Position numbers and translations under genes: made by a program. 64,000 nt of DNA from Octopus bimaculoides (lineage: Eukaryota). Below the pieces are notes generated by a model, which was not told the DNA's origin, searched no databases, and saw nothing but the letters and a program-made list of their open reading frames with translations. Where the stretch lies: assembly GCF_001194135.2 (NCBI RefSeq), contig NC_068989.1, positions 56,370,089-56,434,088 of the forward strand, given 5' to 3'. Positions 25,766 to 38,306 of this stretch are shown in pieces; within the stretch, counting starts at the first letter, position 1, and each line of letters opens with the position of its first letter.

Positions 25766-26200
25766 CACTGCATGGCACCTTGGGCAAGTGTCTTCCACTA
25801 TAGCCTCAGGCTGACCAAAGCCTTGTGAGTGGATTTGATAGACGGAAACTTAAAGAAGCCCGTCGTATATATGTATATATATATATAAGTATGTATGTGT
25901 GTGTATGTTTGTGTGTCTGTGTTTGTCCCCCCAACATCGCTTGACAACTGATGGTGGTGTGTTTACGTCCCTGTAACTTAGCGATTCGGCAAAGAGACCG
26001 ATAGAATAAGTACTAGGCTTACAAAGAATNNNNNNNNNNTCCCTGTAACTTAGCGATTCGGCAAAGAGACCGATAGAATAAGTACTAGGCTTACAAAGAA
26101 TAAGTCCTGGGGTCGATTTGCTCGACTAAAGGTGGTGCTCCAGCATGGCCACAGTCAAATGACTGAAACAAGTAAAAGAGTAAAAAGAGAGTAAAGAGTA
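25766..26200 (+). mobile_element. tRNA-derived SINE (family A), relatively young copy containing a 10-N gap
   Basis: CpG-retaining body cgacttgacaac...gcgattcggcaaagagaccgatag...gctcgactaaagg and (aagagt)n tail. Confidence 0.85.
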
Positions 26201-26239
26201 TTAAATTATCTACTGTTAGAGTAGTCTATCTTTGTTCTA

Positions 26240-27038
26240 TCTACTAAGCACGGTATCTACAAAATTCACCGTGTGTGTGTATGTATTTCCTCTATGCATG
26301 GCCAAACCACTGGATCAATCTGTACCAAATTTGGTATGAAGGTGTTTCATTCCTCGGAGAAGGTTCTAGAGTTTTTTTTTTCCCAGTAGTATCATTCCTT
26401 CACTTTTCATAACTCTAGAATAAATACCAAATTTTGCATGATGGTCTTTTTCATTACTAGAGGAAGGTTCAGGGGGGCAAATTTTGGCATTGCCCATAGG
26501 GGACTGTAAGCCCCATCCTCCTATACAACCGTTTTCTTCTCTCATGGGCAATTATAAGTAGGATGTTCGCGAGTTGGAAGTCCCAAAACTTTTTTATTTG
26601 TACCCCAATTAAAGGACACACTGAAAACGTTGTATATTTAGAAATTCTACAAAATTAAACTGTGATTGATTTCAGGATTTGTTTTAATAACTTTGTTCAT
26701 ACTCACGTCATCTGATAAAATTTTTCTGAAAATATATTTTTTATCAGAATAAATATATTTATTTCCTTTAACTCTTTTGTTACTATATATACTTTAAGAT
26801 GTTCTGTGTTTCTTTCAATTAATTTTAAATATAACAAAGAATTCAGTAAAATAACTTAGTTATCATTAAGCTGGTGTTAGGAACATAAATTGTGACTAAG
26901 GTTTGGTGAAAGATTTTAATTCAAAACTTATGAAAACAAGACATTTGTACTATAGAGCCAGAGGCAGTTTCAGCCGAGTTGGTATCAAAAGGATTAACAT
27001 TCTTTAAACTTTCAAGCAACGCCAGGTACTTTGGCTAG
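26240..27038 (+). mobile_element. Non-autonomous Helitron-like element
   Basis: A|TC 5' end, (GT)n, the same accaaatttgg internal repeats (26324, 26426), and a 3' end gcaacgccaggtactttggCTAG|T. Confidence 0.65.
26768..26997. mobile_element. TTAA-flanked MITE nested in the Helitron-like element
   Basis: ttaactcttttgttact ... ggtatcaaaaggattaa. Confidence 0.7.
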
Positions 27039-27140
27039 TATATATGAATGACTTATAGGGACGAGGTATTCCATTATGCAACCGTAACATTCTATAAAGT
27101 ATATTAAATGTTTCTCTGGCAATCGAAATCAAATTCGAAG

Positions 27141-27587
27141 ACTGGCATTCGTGCTAGTGGAGCGCTAACAGCACCATCCGAGTATGATCGTTACCAGAGC
27201 AGCTGACTGGCTTCTGTGCCAGTGGCATGTAAAAAGCACTGTTCGAGCGTGATCGTTACTGGCACTTGTGCCAGTGACACATGAAAAAATATTCGAGCGA
27301 GATCATTGCCAGTGCCACTGAACTGGCTCCTGTGCAGGTGGCACGTAAAAGACACCATTTGAGCATGGCCATTGCCAGTACTGCCTGACTGGCTCTTGTG
27401 CCGGTGACACGTAAAAGTACAGACTACACTCTCTGAGTGGTTGGCGTTAGGAAGGGCATCCAGCTGTAGAAACTCTACCAGATCAGATTGGAGCCTGGTG
27501 TAGCCATCTGGTTTCACCAGTCCTCAATCAAATCGTCCAACCCATGCTAGCATGGAAAGCGGACGTTAAACGACGATGATGATGATG
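27141..27587 (+). mobile_element. RTE-type LINE 3' UTR with internal ~60-70-bp tandem units and a (GAT)n tail
   Basis: Repeated actggct..tgtgc..gtggcac.taaaa..ac....cgagcg.gatcgtt units, then gagtggttggcgttaggaagggcatccagc...ggacgttaaacgacgatgatgatgatg. Confidence 0.8.
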
Positions 27588-28169
27588 TAATATTTACCCA
27601 GGGCCAATCTTGCTTCTGCAGAATATTGGAAATGATGGCATTCATTTACAACGTTTATTTGATGTCATATATATATGTGGCCAAGTGGTTAGTGTGTTGC
27701 ACTCATTATCGCTAGACCATGGGTTCAATTCCTGGACTAGGTAGTGCATTGTGTTTTTGAGCAAAACATTTCATTTTACGTCACTCCAGTCCACTCAGCT
27801 GTAAATAGGTAACCCTGCGATAGACTAAACTTCTGATCAGGAATAATGGCTTGTTTGCCTAGCCAATGGGGTGGCATCATTTGAAAGCCAAAAACCAAGT
27901 AAAGTGCACTGTGACCTGTGATGTATAACATGTGACAGTCTGGTTGATCACACACACACACACATCATCATCATCATCATCATTTAATGTCTGCTTTCCA
28001 TGCTGGCATGGATTGGACGATTTGACTAGAACTGGTAAGCCAGAAGGCTACACTAGGTTCAAAAAGTTGACCTTGGTGGAATTTGAACTCAGAATGTAAA
28101 GACAGATAAAATGTCGCACACATTTTGCCCAGAGTGCTAACAATTCTGCCAGTTATATATATATTGTAA

Positions 28170-28352
28170 CATATAATTGCCAACCAAATGTGGTGCCCTA
28201 TACAGGACTGCTACTGACGGCTAACGACACACATTCTGTGTCTGTGGACACAGAATGTGTGTCATTAGCCAGCTGGAAGAGATGTCTTCCTAGGGCTATA
28301 AACATCAGTACCAGTCCTGTTTAGGACGCCATACTTGGTTGGCAATTATATG
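28170..28352. mobile_element. Palindromic MITE with ~47-bp outer IRs and an inner 24-bp stem with a 4-nt loop
   Basis: catataattgccaaccaa...ttggttggcaattatatg. Inner stem ggctaacgacacacattctgtgtc-tgtg-gacacagaatgtgtgtcattagcc (28219-28270). Confidence 0.8.
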
Positions 28353-28445
28353 GTATAATTCCATATTGCTACTGTTTGCATCCCACTCAGAGATTTAATC
28401 ATTATCATCATCATCATCGCTTAACGTCCACTTTCCATGCTATAG

Positions 28446-28498
<53 letters not shown>

Positions 28499-28622
28499 TA
28501 CTCACACACATACATACATACATACATACACAAATGTTTATAAATAATCTGTAAACATAAAATAATAAAAAAACAAAACAAAAATAGTATTTAGTACAAA
28601 TGATAATTTCTCTCATTTCTTT

Positions 28623-28628
28623 TTTATT
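28623..28628 (-). terminator. Candidate polyadenylation signal (AATAAA) for SMC6
   Basis: AATAAA on the minus strand about 160 nt downstream of the stop. The region is very AT-rich, so a chance occurrence is possible. Confidence 0.3.
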
Positions 28629-28789
28629 AATAAGTAAGAAAATAATTCTTTAATAATAATAATGATAAAATTAATAATAGTTTACACATTTTTTTCTTTC
28701 TTGTCCATATTTTTTCTATTTTCTTTTCTTCTTGTTTTTGTTATATTTTTTTCTTATTTGAATTTAAATTTGTAACCCTAACAATACAC

Positions 28790-28916
28790 TCATGCTGCCT
28801 CCTCATCTTCATCGTCTTCATTGGCTGCTGGTTGTAAATTTAGAGTTTTCTGCCCACCTTTCATACGTATAGGATCAGGCATACGGAAAATTCTAGACAT
28901 TGGGTAATTTAGGTGG
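28790..28916 (-). CDS. SMC6: SMC6 terminal coding exon with TGA stop
   Basis: cttttcttctctttgacag|C CAC CTA... completes the phase-2 AG as AGC (Ser), then reads HLNYPMSRIFRMPDPIRMKGGQKTLNLQPAANEDDEDEEAA*. RIFRMPDP..GQ.TL plus an acidic tail resembles the vertebrate SMC6 C-terminus (RILRMSDPERGQTTL...EEDDD). Phase matches exactly. Confidence 0.88.
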
Positions 28917-29010
28917 CTGTCAAAGAGAAGAAAAGATAATAAATAAATAAACTGCATAACACATATTGAATAAACCTCTTTTTCATTGCAATGCACATAC
29001 ACAACACATA

Positions 29011-29951
29011 CAAAGTTCATTCCAGAAGTTTTGAGACTTTTTTTAGGAAAGGGAGTTATAACTGTCTTAAATTATTGTAATTTTAGTTGGCACTCCGTCG
29101 CTTACGACGTCGAGGGTTCCAGTTGATCCGATCAATGGAACAACCTGCTCGTGAAATTAACGAGCAAGTGGCTGAGCACTCCTCAGACACGTGTGCCCTC
29201 AACGTAGTTCTCGGAGATATTCAGCGTGGCACAGTGTGACAAGGCTGACCCTTTGAATTACGGGTACAACAGAAACAGGAAGTAAGAGTGAGAGAAAGTT
29301 GTGGTGAAAGAGTACAGCAGGGTTCGCCGCCATCCCCTGCTGGAGCCTCGTGGAGCTTTAGGTGTTTTCGCTCAATAAACACTCACAATGCCCGGTCTGG
29401 AAATCGAAACCACGAGTCCGCTGCCCTAATCACTGGGCCATTGCGTCTCCACTGTAATTTTAGTATATCATTACTATACATATAATAAGCTAACCTGCCA
29501 ACTTCCCCCCCCCCCCNNNNNNNNNNNNNNNNNNNNNNNNNNNNNNNNNNNNNNNGATTGAAAGAGATGGAGGCAACAGCACTTTGAACATCCTCTAATA
29601 AACACTGCTTGTCACAATTCTATCCTGGTAACCAACTACTTGACAGAGATGGGCATCAAAACTGTCTCTCCACCCCCCTACAGTCCAGCCTTTGCACCCT
29701 GTGACTTTTGGTTGTCCCCCAAGCTGAATGAGAACTTCAGAGCAAGTTGTTTTGAAGACAAAGGAGGCCACGACGAAAGGATCCTGGACACCTTCACTTT
29801 GGAAGACTTTCATGGAGCCTTCACAAAGTAATTGTAGTGCTACAACAAGTGCATTGAAGCCAGAGGATCCTACTTTGAAAGAGTTTAGAGTTTTGTACTT
29901 CTTTGAAATTAATAAATGAAAAATGCTTGAAAATTTCTGGGATGCTCTTTG
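29011..29951 (+). mobile_element. Internally deleted mariner (DD34D-type) element, TA TSD, interrupted by a SINE and a gap
   Basis: TIRs ta|caaagttcattccagaagttttgag and the reverse complement ta|caaagagcatcccagaaattttcaag. Translation includes PPPYSPAFAPCDFWLSPKL...KCIEARGSYFE. Confidence 0.8.
29088..29452 (-). mobile_element. Young tRNA-derived SINE (family C variant) with a 12-bp TSD
   Basis: TSD tgtaattttagt at 29076-29087 and 29453-29464. Head tggagacgcaatggcccagtg...ggtttcgatttcc. CpGs are retained and the A-B box spacing is unusually short. Confidence 0.85.
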
Positions 29952-30188
29952 TATATATATTATGTATATATCTCCAACCCCTATGATTGATTGATTTCTA
30001 CATGCTCATCAATGACAGAGAATAATAGCTTTTTAATAACATCCAATCAAGTCAATGCTTACAGAAACTAATGTTTGTCATGCAAATGAATGTAAGCTAG
30101 CAGAACCCATATTTCCTTTAATACAAGGGTCTCTAATCACCGATTCATAGACCAATACTGGGCCATGAATCATTTGGTCCTGGGTTAC

Positions 30189-30570
30189 TCTTTTACCCTT
30201 TTACTTGTTGCAGTCATTTGACTGCGGCCATGCTGGAGCACCGCCTTTAGTCGAGCAAATCGACCCCAGGACTTATTCTTTGTAAGCCTAGTACTTATTC
30301 TATCGTACCTTTTGCTGAACCGCTAAGTTATGGGGATGTAAACACACCAGCATTGGTTGTCAAGTGATGTTGGGGGGACAAACACAGACACACAAACATA
30401 TACACGACGGGCTTCTTTCAGTTTCCGTCTACCGAATCCACTCACAAAGGTTTTGGACGGCCCAAAGCTATAGTAGAAGACACTTGCCCAAGGTGCCACG
30501 CAGTGGGACTGAACCCAGAACCATGTGGTTGGTAAGCAAGCTACTTACCACACAACCATTCCTGCGCCTA
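30189..30570 (-). mobile_element. tRNA-derived SINE (family A), near full length
   Basis: Reverse complement of the family A consensus, with head ...gtggtaagtagcttgcttaccaaccacatggttctgggttcagtccc and a tail at the left. Confidence 0.85.
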
Positions 30571-30654
30571 TGGTAGCACAGAAGGAATATATTTTAAAAT
30601 TTCATTTCTTTTTATTGACTATTGTAGTCTGCAGGGTGATTTTGCATTATATAT

Positions 30655-31012
30655 CTTTTACTTTTTGTTTCAATCATTAGACTGCAGCCATGCTGGGGCA
30701 CTGCCTTGAAGAATAATTTTATTCGAATGAATTGACTCCAGTATTTATTCTATTGGGTTCTTTTGCTGAACCACTAAGTTATATGAATGTAAACACACTA
30801 GCATTGGTTGTCAAGTGGTGGTAGGGGATAAACACAAGGACACACACATGATAGGCTTCTTTCAGTTTTCATCTAGCAAACCCTCTCATAAGGCTTTGGT
30901 TGGCTGAGGCAAAAGTAGAAAACACTTACCTAAGAAGCCACGGAATGGAACTGAACCTAGAACCACGTGGTTGGGAAGCAAACTTCTTACCATACAGCCA
31001 TACTTGTGCCTA
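30655..31012 (-). mobile_element. tRNA-derived SINE (family A), older copy
   Basis: Same architecture as 30189-30570, more CpG decay. Confidence 0.8.
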
Positions 31013-32199
31013 TGTAAGAATTAGCTTATATATTGTACACTTTGTGTTTTGTTATGCTCATAATTACTAGGTCTGCGGAAAAATCGCCATGCATGAAACT
31101 GGTCTGCAATGCAAAAGAGATTGCAAGAACCATTACTTTCAAAGCTGTATCAGAGATTTATTCTCATTTTATTTTTCCACTTTATAAGGTTACAGCCTCA
31201 AAATAATAACTATTTGTTAAGCACAATTCCAGTTGATTATAATTTGCATAAATGAATTAAGATATACTCTGTTGAAGCCTTGTGAGTTTTGATGGCAAAT
31301 AGATAGTGTCCCTATGAATGCTATTCTCTGTTGAAACCTTATTGAGGTATTAACTCATTTTCTATTTGTGGAAGAGGCAGAGCCAGGAAGATGTGGGATG
31401 AGGTGGTGATGTATGATCTTTGCTAACAAGTGACCAAGACTTCTGGCAATTTACTGTGCTTGAGAAGACATGTCAAGTTAAGTGAAACTGTGGTCATGGC
31501 CAGTGCTGGTAATGTGTAAAAGGCACCTGTGCTGGTGACCCGTAAAAGGACCCATGCCAACGACATGTAAAAGGCGCCTGAGCCAGTGATACCTAAAAGA
31601 CATCTAGTACGCTGTAGTTGGCATTAGGAAGGGCATCCAGCCGTAGAAACCAAACGAAAACACGACTGGAACCTGGTGCTTGGTCAAACCATCCAACCCA
31701 TGCCAGCAATGCAAACAGATGTTAAATGGTGATGATCTGTCCTCTCAGACCAATGGCTACATGTTCATGTATTTTGTTAGTGTATGTGTAAATGTAGTCA
31801 AATTCAGCTTTCATAGTCAGCAAGTGAGTGTGGCATAAGATGTACCATGTTTTTGATAGTTGTTTTAGGTGTCTACATAGTTGGGAGCAGACACAGTCAC
31901 CCTCCCAATCCTAACACCTTTACTCTCATGGAACCCTCCCAACCCTCACTCATGACCTAGAGCAGTGGTTCTCAAACCATTTTTTGCATATTGACTCCTT
32001 TGAGTCCTATTTTACTCTACTGGACTTCCATTTGATGAATATAAAAAAAATTTTACTGTATTTTTTTAATTGTATACAGCTGAGAAGACAGTATCATCAT
32101 GAAATGAAGTGTCTTGCTCAAGAATTGAACTCATAACCTAAGCATCATGAGCTGAACACCTGAACTACTAGCCCATGTACTTTCACATGTATGTATTGT

Positions 32200-32540
32200 T
32201 TGCTTCTTGCTTGCTTGCTTCATGCTTTTGCTTGATGGAGCTGGGGTCATCCCAGGTTAGCGGTCCCAGAAGGGTCATCGTGCACAGAGCCGATCAGGTA
32301 TACCAGTGCTCCCCATCACTGGCAGTCCCATGCCAGCCCCTCTGCATCCTCTGAGATGATGTCGAGCCTCTGGAGATCTTCTTTAGACATATCCAGCAAT
32401 TTGGTGTGGGGCATCTTCCAGCTAGCAGTTGTGTTGAATGAGGAGTAAGGCCCTTGATAAGATGATCTGGCGGGAGGCAGGGGAGGACATGACTGCACTA
32501 GTGCATGCGGTGGATAACTGCATGTGCTGGTATGGACACA
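32200..32540 (-). mobile_element. LINE (RTE/L2-like) 3' end with a (GCAA)n tail
   Basis: LLDMSKEDLQRLDIISEDAEGLAWDCQ*WGALV resembles the W.D...DL.......A.DR..W..LV C-terminal motif, followed by aagcaagcaagc. Confidence 0.6.
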
Positions 32541-35149
32541 TATGCATGTATAAATATATATATAAATGACCAAAAGTGCAGGCATGGCAGCATGTTTATA
32601 AAGTTAACTTAGCAATCATGAACTTCTGAATTCGATCCCCAGTCACAACACTTTGTACAAGTATCTTTTATTATAACCTTCAGTTGACCCAAATCTTGTG
32701 AGTGAAATTGAATAGATGGATAGTGTGTGGAGAGGCCTAATGGATGGATTGTGACTGTAATTGATAAGTCTAGTCTTGTCACAAACGGTATCAAGGTGAT
32801 TCTGTCTGAGATGTTAATACAAATGATATGTATCTAAGACAGAGAGAAATTGGTCCACCAATGAGACTCAGATCATGTATAATAATTACCAAACAATAAA
32901 TAATTTATATTTTATTTAAGAAGATGGAAGGGCAGGTGCTGTGTTATGTAATTAATCCTATGGTGACTCCACAAAATAATATTATCTTTTTTACGGAGAT
33001 GAAAGGGCAGTTACCATATTGTGTAATCAGTCCAGTGATAACCTCATAACCAATAAAGACATGTGGTATCTATTTGAGGAAATGGAAGGGCAGGTACTAT
33101 ATTGTGTAATAAGAACCATGATGACTCCAAAGTGATAGACATATTTAAAATCTTGTCAAGAGGTTTGTAGTTGAAACATGATAATACAAATTGTTATCAT
33201 TATGATTTTTTATTCATGTTATTACCTTGCCGTGTTCCAGTTTTATTTTTAAAAGCAATATTCTACTGAACATTATTCTAATTCCTGATGTCAACTATCA
33301 ACTGGTTAGTGCCATTAATCACAGGTGGAGATGTGACATATGATGCTCATACACAGAGTTATATACAAACTATCATCTGCAATATCTTGTTTTATTTGCC
33401 AAGGTGATGTGGCTTGGATATGCCCATTTGAACACACAGTGCCATTTGTTATGCTCTGAAAGTCATCTGATTCACAAAGCCATTGTCCTAAGACAAATAT
33501 TTCTACATTGTTATTCTATAGTGTCCCAATATTTTTATAAATAGGTTATCTTAAACTAACCCAATTTCTGATATCTTTATCAACTGATTAGTATTATAAG
33601 CCACATATGATTTGGGGAAAGACAGGCAGACTCAGGTTTACCATATACAATAGCCATGTGTTATGTTCTCATGTTCCTCTGTCAACTGGTACATAAGGTT
33701 CAAAATCTTGAGATCTTATCCCATCATATCTTTTTTCATATCTCTTTGGTCTTCTTCCTCGGTCAAATGCACACACACACACACACACAAATTTGAACAA
33801 AGACTTAGCAGAATAAGGAGTACAGAGACAGTTCACTTTGTCAAGTTCTGGCAGGCCTTGAGAGAAGATTTGAGCTAGTAGTGAAAATGTTTGGTATATC
33901 CCAAAGCAGCAAGTGGTAGGCAAGTGGTGGTGTGTGCTTATGGCTTAAATGTGCAGCTGGTCATTGTATAAATGTAAATTCAAATTTGAGCACAATTTGT
34001 TGCTTAAAGTCAATGTACCTCCCAAAGGAGAAATCCAATTGGTGAGAAAAGCTGAGGGAAATGTTTCATATCTAATGATGGTTTCAAATTTTGACACAAG
34101 AGGAGGGGGATAAGTCGATTACATCAATCCCCAGTATTCAAATGGTACTTATTTTATCAACCCTAGTGGTACGTAAAAAGCACTCACTTCACTCTGCAGG
34201 GTGGTTGGTGTTAGGAAGGGCATCCAGTGGTAAAAACCATGCCAAAACAGACACAGTAGCCTGGTGTAGCCTTCTACCTGGCCAGCTCCTGTCAAACTGT
34301 CCAACCCATGCCAACATGGAAGGTGGTCATTAAATGATGAAGATGAAGATGAAAGGCAAAGCTGACCTGGACAGAATTTGAACTCAGAACATAAAGATGG
34401 ACGAAATGTCACTAAGCATTTTGTCCAAGTCTACTAACAATTCTGCCAGCTGGTTGCTTTTTCCTTCAGTAATATTGGACATAGAAAATAGCTTTAGGCC
34501 AACATGAGTCTATCGCTTGCTACAAATGAATGATAATATCTTTTTGAAGGAGGAAACGGGCCAATATCAATGTGAATGTTGGCGGTGGCATCATCATCAT
34601 TATCCTTTAATGACCATTCTCCATGCTGGCATGGGTTGGATGGTTTGACCAGAGTTGACAATCAGGAGAGTTGCACCAGGTTCCAATCTAATTTGGCTTG
34701 GTTTCTATGGCTGGATGCCCTTCCTGACGCCAGCCACTTTACAGTGTGTGCTGCTGGGTGCTTTTAACATGGCACCAGCATGAGTGCTTTTATGTGGCAC
34801 AGGCACAAGGCTCTTGCAGGCCATTCCTCTTCACCAAGGGGAATATGTTGTAAATAAACTGTTGGTGGAGTGAAATTACTACATGGAGTGGTAGTAGTAT
34901 ATGGTGGGAAAATTTAGCATGTTGGCAGCTAAGGTAAGCTCGTGTTTGTCATGTTTCTTTGTTTTTCATAATTGATCCTAAATAACAGCCAGTCAGTAAC
35001 TATTGTATAACACAGATTTCAGAGTCATCACCATTGTTATCATTTAACATTCATTTTCCATGTTGGCACCAGAAAATGAAAATGTGTGATGCCAAGTAGC
35101 TGAGATGAACAGCAATGTCACTCTGAGTTTGTGGAATTGCCTCAAAATC

Positions 35150-37280
35150 AACCATTAGCGACTGAGCCAACATCAAGATGGTAGCAGGAACAGAGCTGAG
35201 ATATCACATATCTGAAGTAAATTCACTGATGTGGGCCACTTTGTCGATTGACTTATCTTGGGTGATGACATAGAAGCAACAATGATGGCATGAATGAGTG
35301 GTTTATTGTCTATCAATGCTTGCAAAAGGTGTTCTTCAAGCAAACAGAGTATGGAAAAGTAAATCATTATTGTAGCAAGACAGGAAAGATCTGTTTTGTT
35401 GCTGTGGTGTAGTTCAGTTATGCCATGGAAGATTCCAGCCAATCAGAGCTGGAGGCATATGAATAAAATGGCAGTGATCAGCCTTAGCTGTAGGAACTCA
35501 TGACAACAGCGAAGCAGTAGTTTCAAATTAGTTGCAGATTTGATGGTGTAGAAGCAACATTGCTTTCTTGACATGTTACATTTTCTGTGTCTACCACAAG
35601 CAACTCATTTGATTAATATCAGCTTCCACTCTGCTCATCAGTGTATATATTAAATCATGCGACTTTTCCTGATTCGCATACACATATATTTAGTTCCCAT
35701 TCATATACAGGATTTATTCTTGTTACCACTTGCTAGCACTCATTACACTACTGAATAAATTTCAATGTTTTTGTTTTATAAACTTGCCTTCTGAATATTC
35801 TTTATTCACAGCTCTTTAAGAAATCACTGAATATGGATTTTTTTTCTATGAACAGTTTTTAAAAACATGCTAACTACACACATTATGTTACAACTCGAAC
35901 ACATTACATATAGGAGACATTCCTTCCAACTTACATCAGTGACTCACATGTAATACTATCAACTCTTGGTCAAATGATGTGTATTGAGTTTCTGCAGAAC
36001 CAAGTTTCCTTAAGGAGAAGGCAAGGGTTGCTAATTGTCATCAGTGGTTGCTTGTTGCAAAACCTGATCCCGCTGCTGTAAGTGAAGTGTCAAAGTAAAG
36101 TCTGGTCGGAACACAATGTATTGGGTGATGTTACAATATGGCATCGGCAAGAGCACACAGATGTAGGCAGCTGTTCTAATATTTCTGAAGTATACCTTGA
36201 TTCCCAAGTTTTATCTCTTCAGTGCAGACATGGCCATATGAATGCAGAGTTCACTTTGCTATTGCATGATCTTGAGTCCTATGATACTGCATAGTACCAT
36301 AGACAAGTATCTTTTACTGTAGCCTTGGACTAACTAATGCCTTGTGAGTGAAATTAGTTGATGCACCCTGTATGGAAACTTATTGTGTGTATGTGAGCAT
36401 GTGTGTGTTTTATGTTCTTTGCTTCACATGAAAAGCATTGAGCTACAGCTAATGATGTTATGTTGACATTCTCTGGCAACAAAATTGCCCTCTGTTCTAT
36501 TGAAGATATGAGAGATAAAAAATTCTCCAACTGAAAAATAGATAAAGGTCAGTGATAGGAAGAGAATCTAGTCGTAAAACAATGCTTCAACAAATGACAA
36601 ATAGAAGTTGATGATTCCTAAGAGATCATGAAGTTGGTATTTTGTGCAGCAAGTGGGAATTCTTTGATTGCATAAACTTGATTTTTAAGCAGTTTCATTC
36701 ATTCTGTGGTTGTTGTATGTTTAAAGAAATTTAGTGCAACTTCAAATTCAAATTTGTTGGAGTTGATTGTAATGCTAATCTTTCGAGGTACTGTCTCAGG
36801 TGATGCTTGGGATTGGTGCTGACTATACAAATGTCATCTATGTAAACAAATACAAAATCTAGTCTTTGACTTATTAGCTGATGACTCTTCAAGCCAAATG
36901 GCACAGTGATTATAGTTTTGTTTGTATCAAATGAATGAACTGAAATCTGGTGATAGGCATGTATAAGACTGATTAAAAGATATTTTTCAATACAATTAAG
37001 TTGTAAATTCTTGTACAAGTAACAGTGGGAATCTGTCAGGTAAAATGATGCTGTTTAATGCTCAGCAATTCCATTGTGGTCTATAACTTTAATCTGAGAT
37101 ACCATATGAAGCACAGATGTCAAACTGCATCATGTATTTCAACTCTTGTTTAGCAACAGTTTCATGTTCAAGCACAAGTCTTCTTGCATGGGTAAAAACA
37201 GGATGTTGTCTTTTAGTTTTGATTTCATGCATAACATTGTGAGGTACAGGTGCATTGCATGACCCTTTAGCTTTCATATT
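35150..37280 (-). mobile_element. Ty3/Gypsy pol relic (RT, connection, RNase H fragments); no LTRs recognised
   Basis: In order on the minus strand: VPHNVMHEI...PVFTHARRL, AYHQI..DTNKT.ITVPFGL, LDFVFVYIDDICIVS, QVYAIKEFP..LHDLLGIIN, PLAF..RKL.SAETQYTSFDQEL, DNKPLIHA...ISEFTSD. Confidence 0.7.
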
Positions 37281-38306
37281 TCTTTGTCAAATGTATTGCT
37301 TACATATTCACATTGTTTTGAATTAATCACGCATTATCTTGTAGCATCAAAATTTCAATGGTGTGTTCATATATTTCTAGAATGACATTTTAGAGTAGGT
37401 GTGAGAGGTTGGATTTCATCAGTTTTAACATAAAACAGGTAGAATATGGCCAGATTAAATGCAAAAGAGTTAATGGGGATCTAATGACTTTGACTTGGTG
37501 AGAATTTTTGAATACACAGTCTGAGGTCATGCAATGTATCTAAATGAACTGTATGAGAAGGTTGCTATTGCTGTAATATTTCTGTTGATACCCTGGTTGG
37601 TAGTGTTATCCACAAAAGTGATGATAAACAATAATTGTTAGTGTTTTAAGAAATTAGAGCTACTGATAGGATTGTGGATATCTTCAGTATCAAAACTCCA
37701 CTGGAAAGTGTAACAAAATCCTAAATCTAGATTTAGGGAATGTCTTTCAAATGTTGTGATTGAGTTTCTATCAATGGCTTGTAGATGTAAGCCTATTTGT
37801 GGTTGGTATCTTTCTTCATGAGTTGACAGAATGATAGTGATCTCAGAGCTGGTATTTCATCATCATCATTTAATGTCTGTTGTCCATGCTGGCATGGGTT
37901 GGATGGTTTGACCAGAGGTGGCAAGCTGGGGAGCTGCACCAGACTCCAGGCTGATTTGACATGGTTTGCATGGCTGAATGCCCTTCCTAATGCCAACCAC
38001 TTTACTTGCTGGATGCTTTTACGTGGCACTGCATGGGCCCTTCTATGTGACACAGCACAGGTGCCTTTATGTGGCATTGCATGGGCACTTATGAAATGAA
38101 ATCACTCATTTGTTTTAAATTTGATAAAGTAACATATACATCTATTCAAGAAAGTTTCTCAAGACAAATCTTGCAGATTTGCAGCTTTTGATAGAACACT
38201 TACATTAAGTAAGATATATTGCATGTTGTCCCAACAAATCATTTGTGATTTGCTATTATTTCCAGCAGGTCAAACAACCAGATAGAGGCTCCCTTGATGA
38301 CTTGTA

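Larger units (their letters stand above)
30124..31134. mobile_element. hAT-Charlie (MER5-like) MITE split by two SINE insertions
   Basis: Left caagggtctctaatcacc..gaccaatactgggcc and right ggtctgcggaaaaat..catgaaactggtc..caaaagagattg..aacca resemble Charlie-MITE ends. Confidence 0.55.

Noticed and set aside
25968-26101. 62-bp duplication across a 10-N gap
   Set aside because: Identical sequence on both sides of a minimal gap is a typical contig-overlap artefact.
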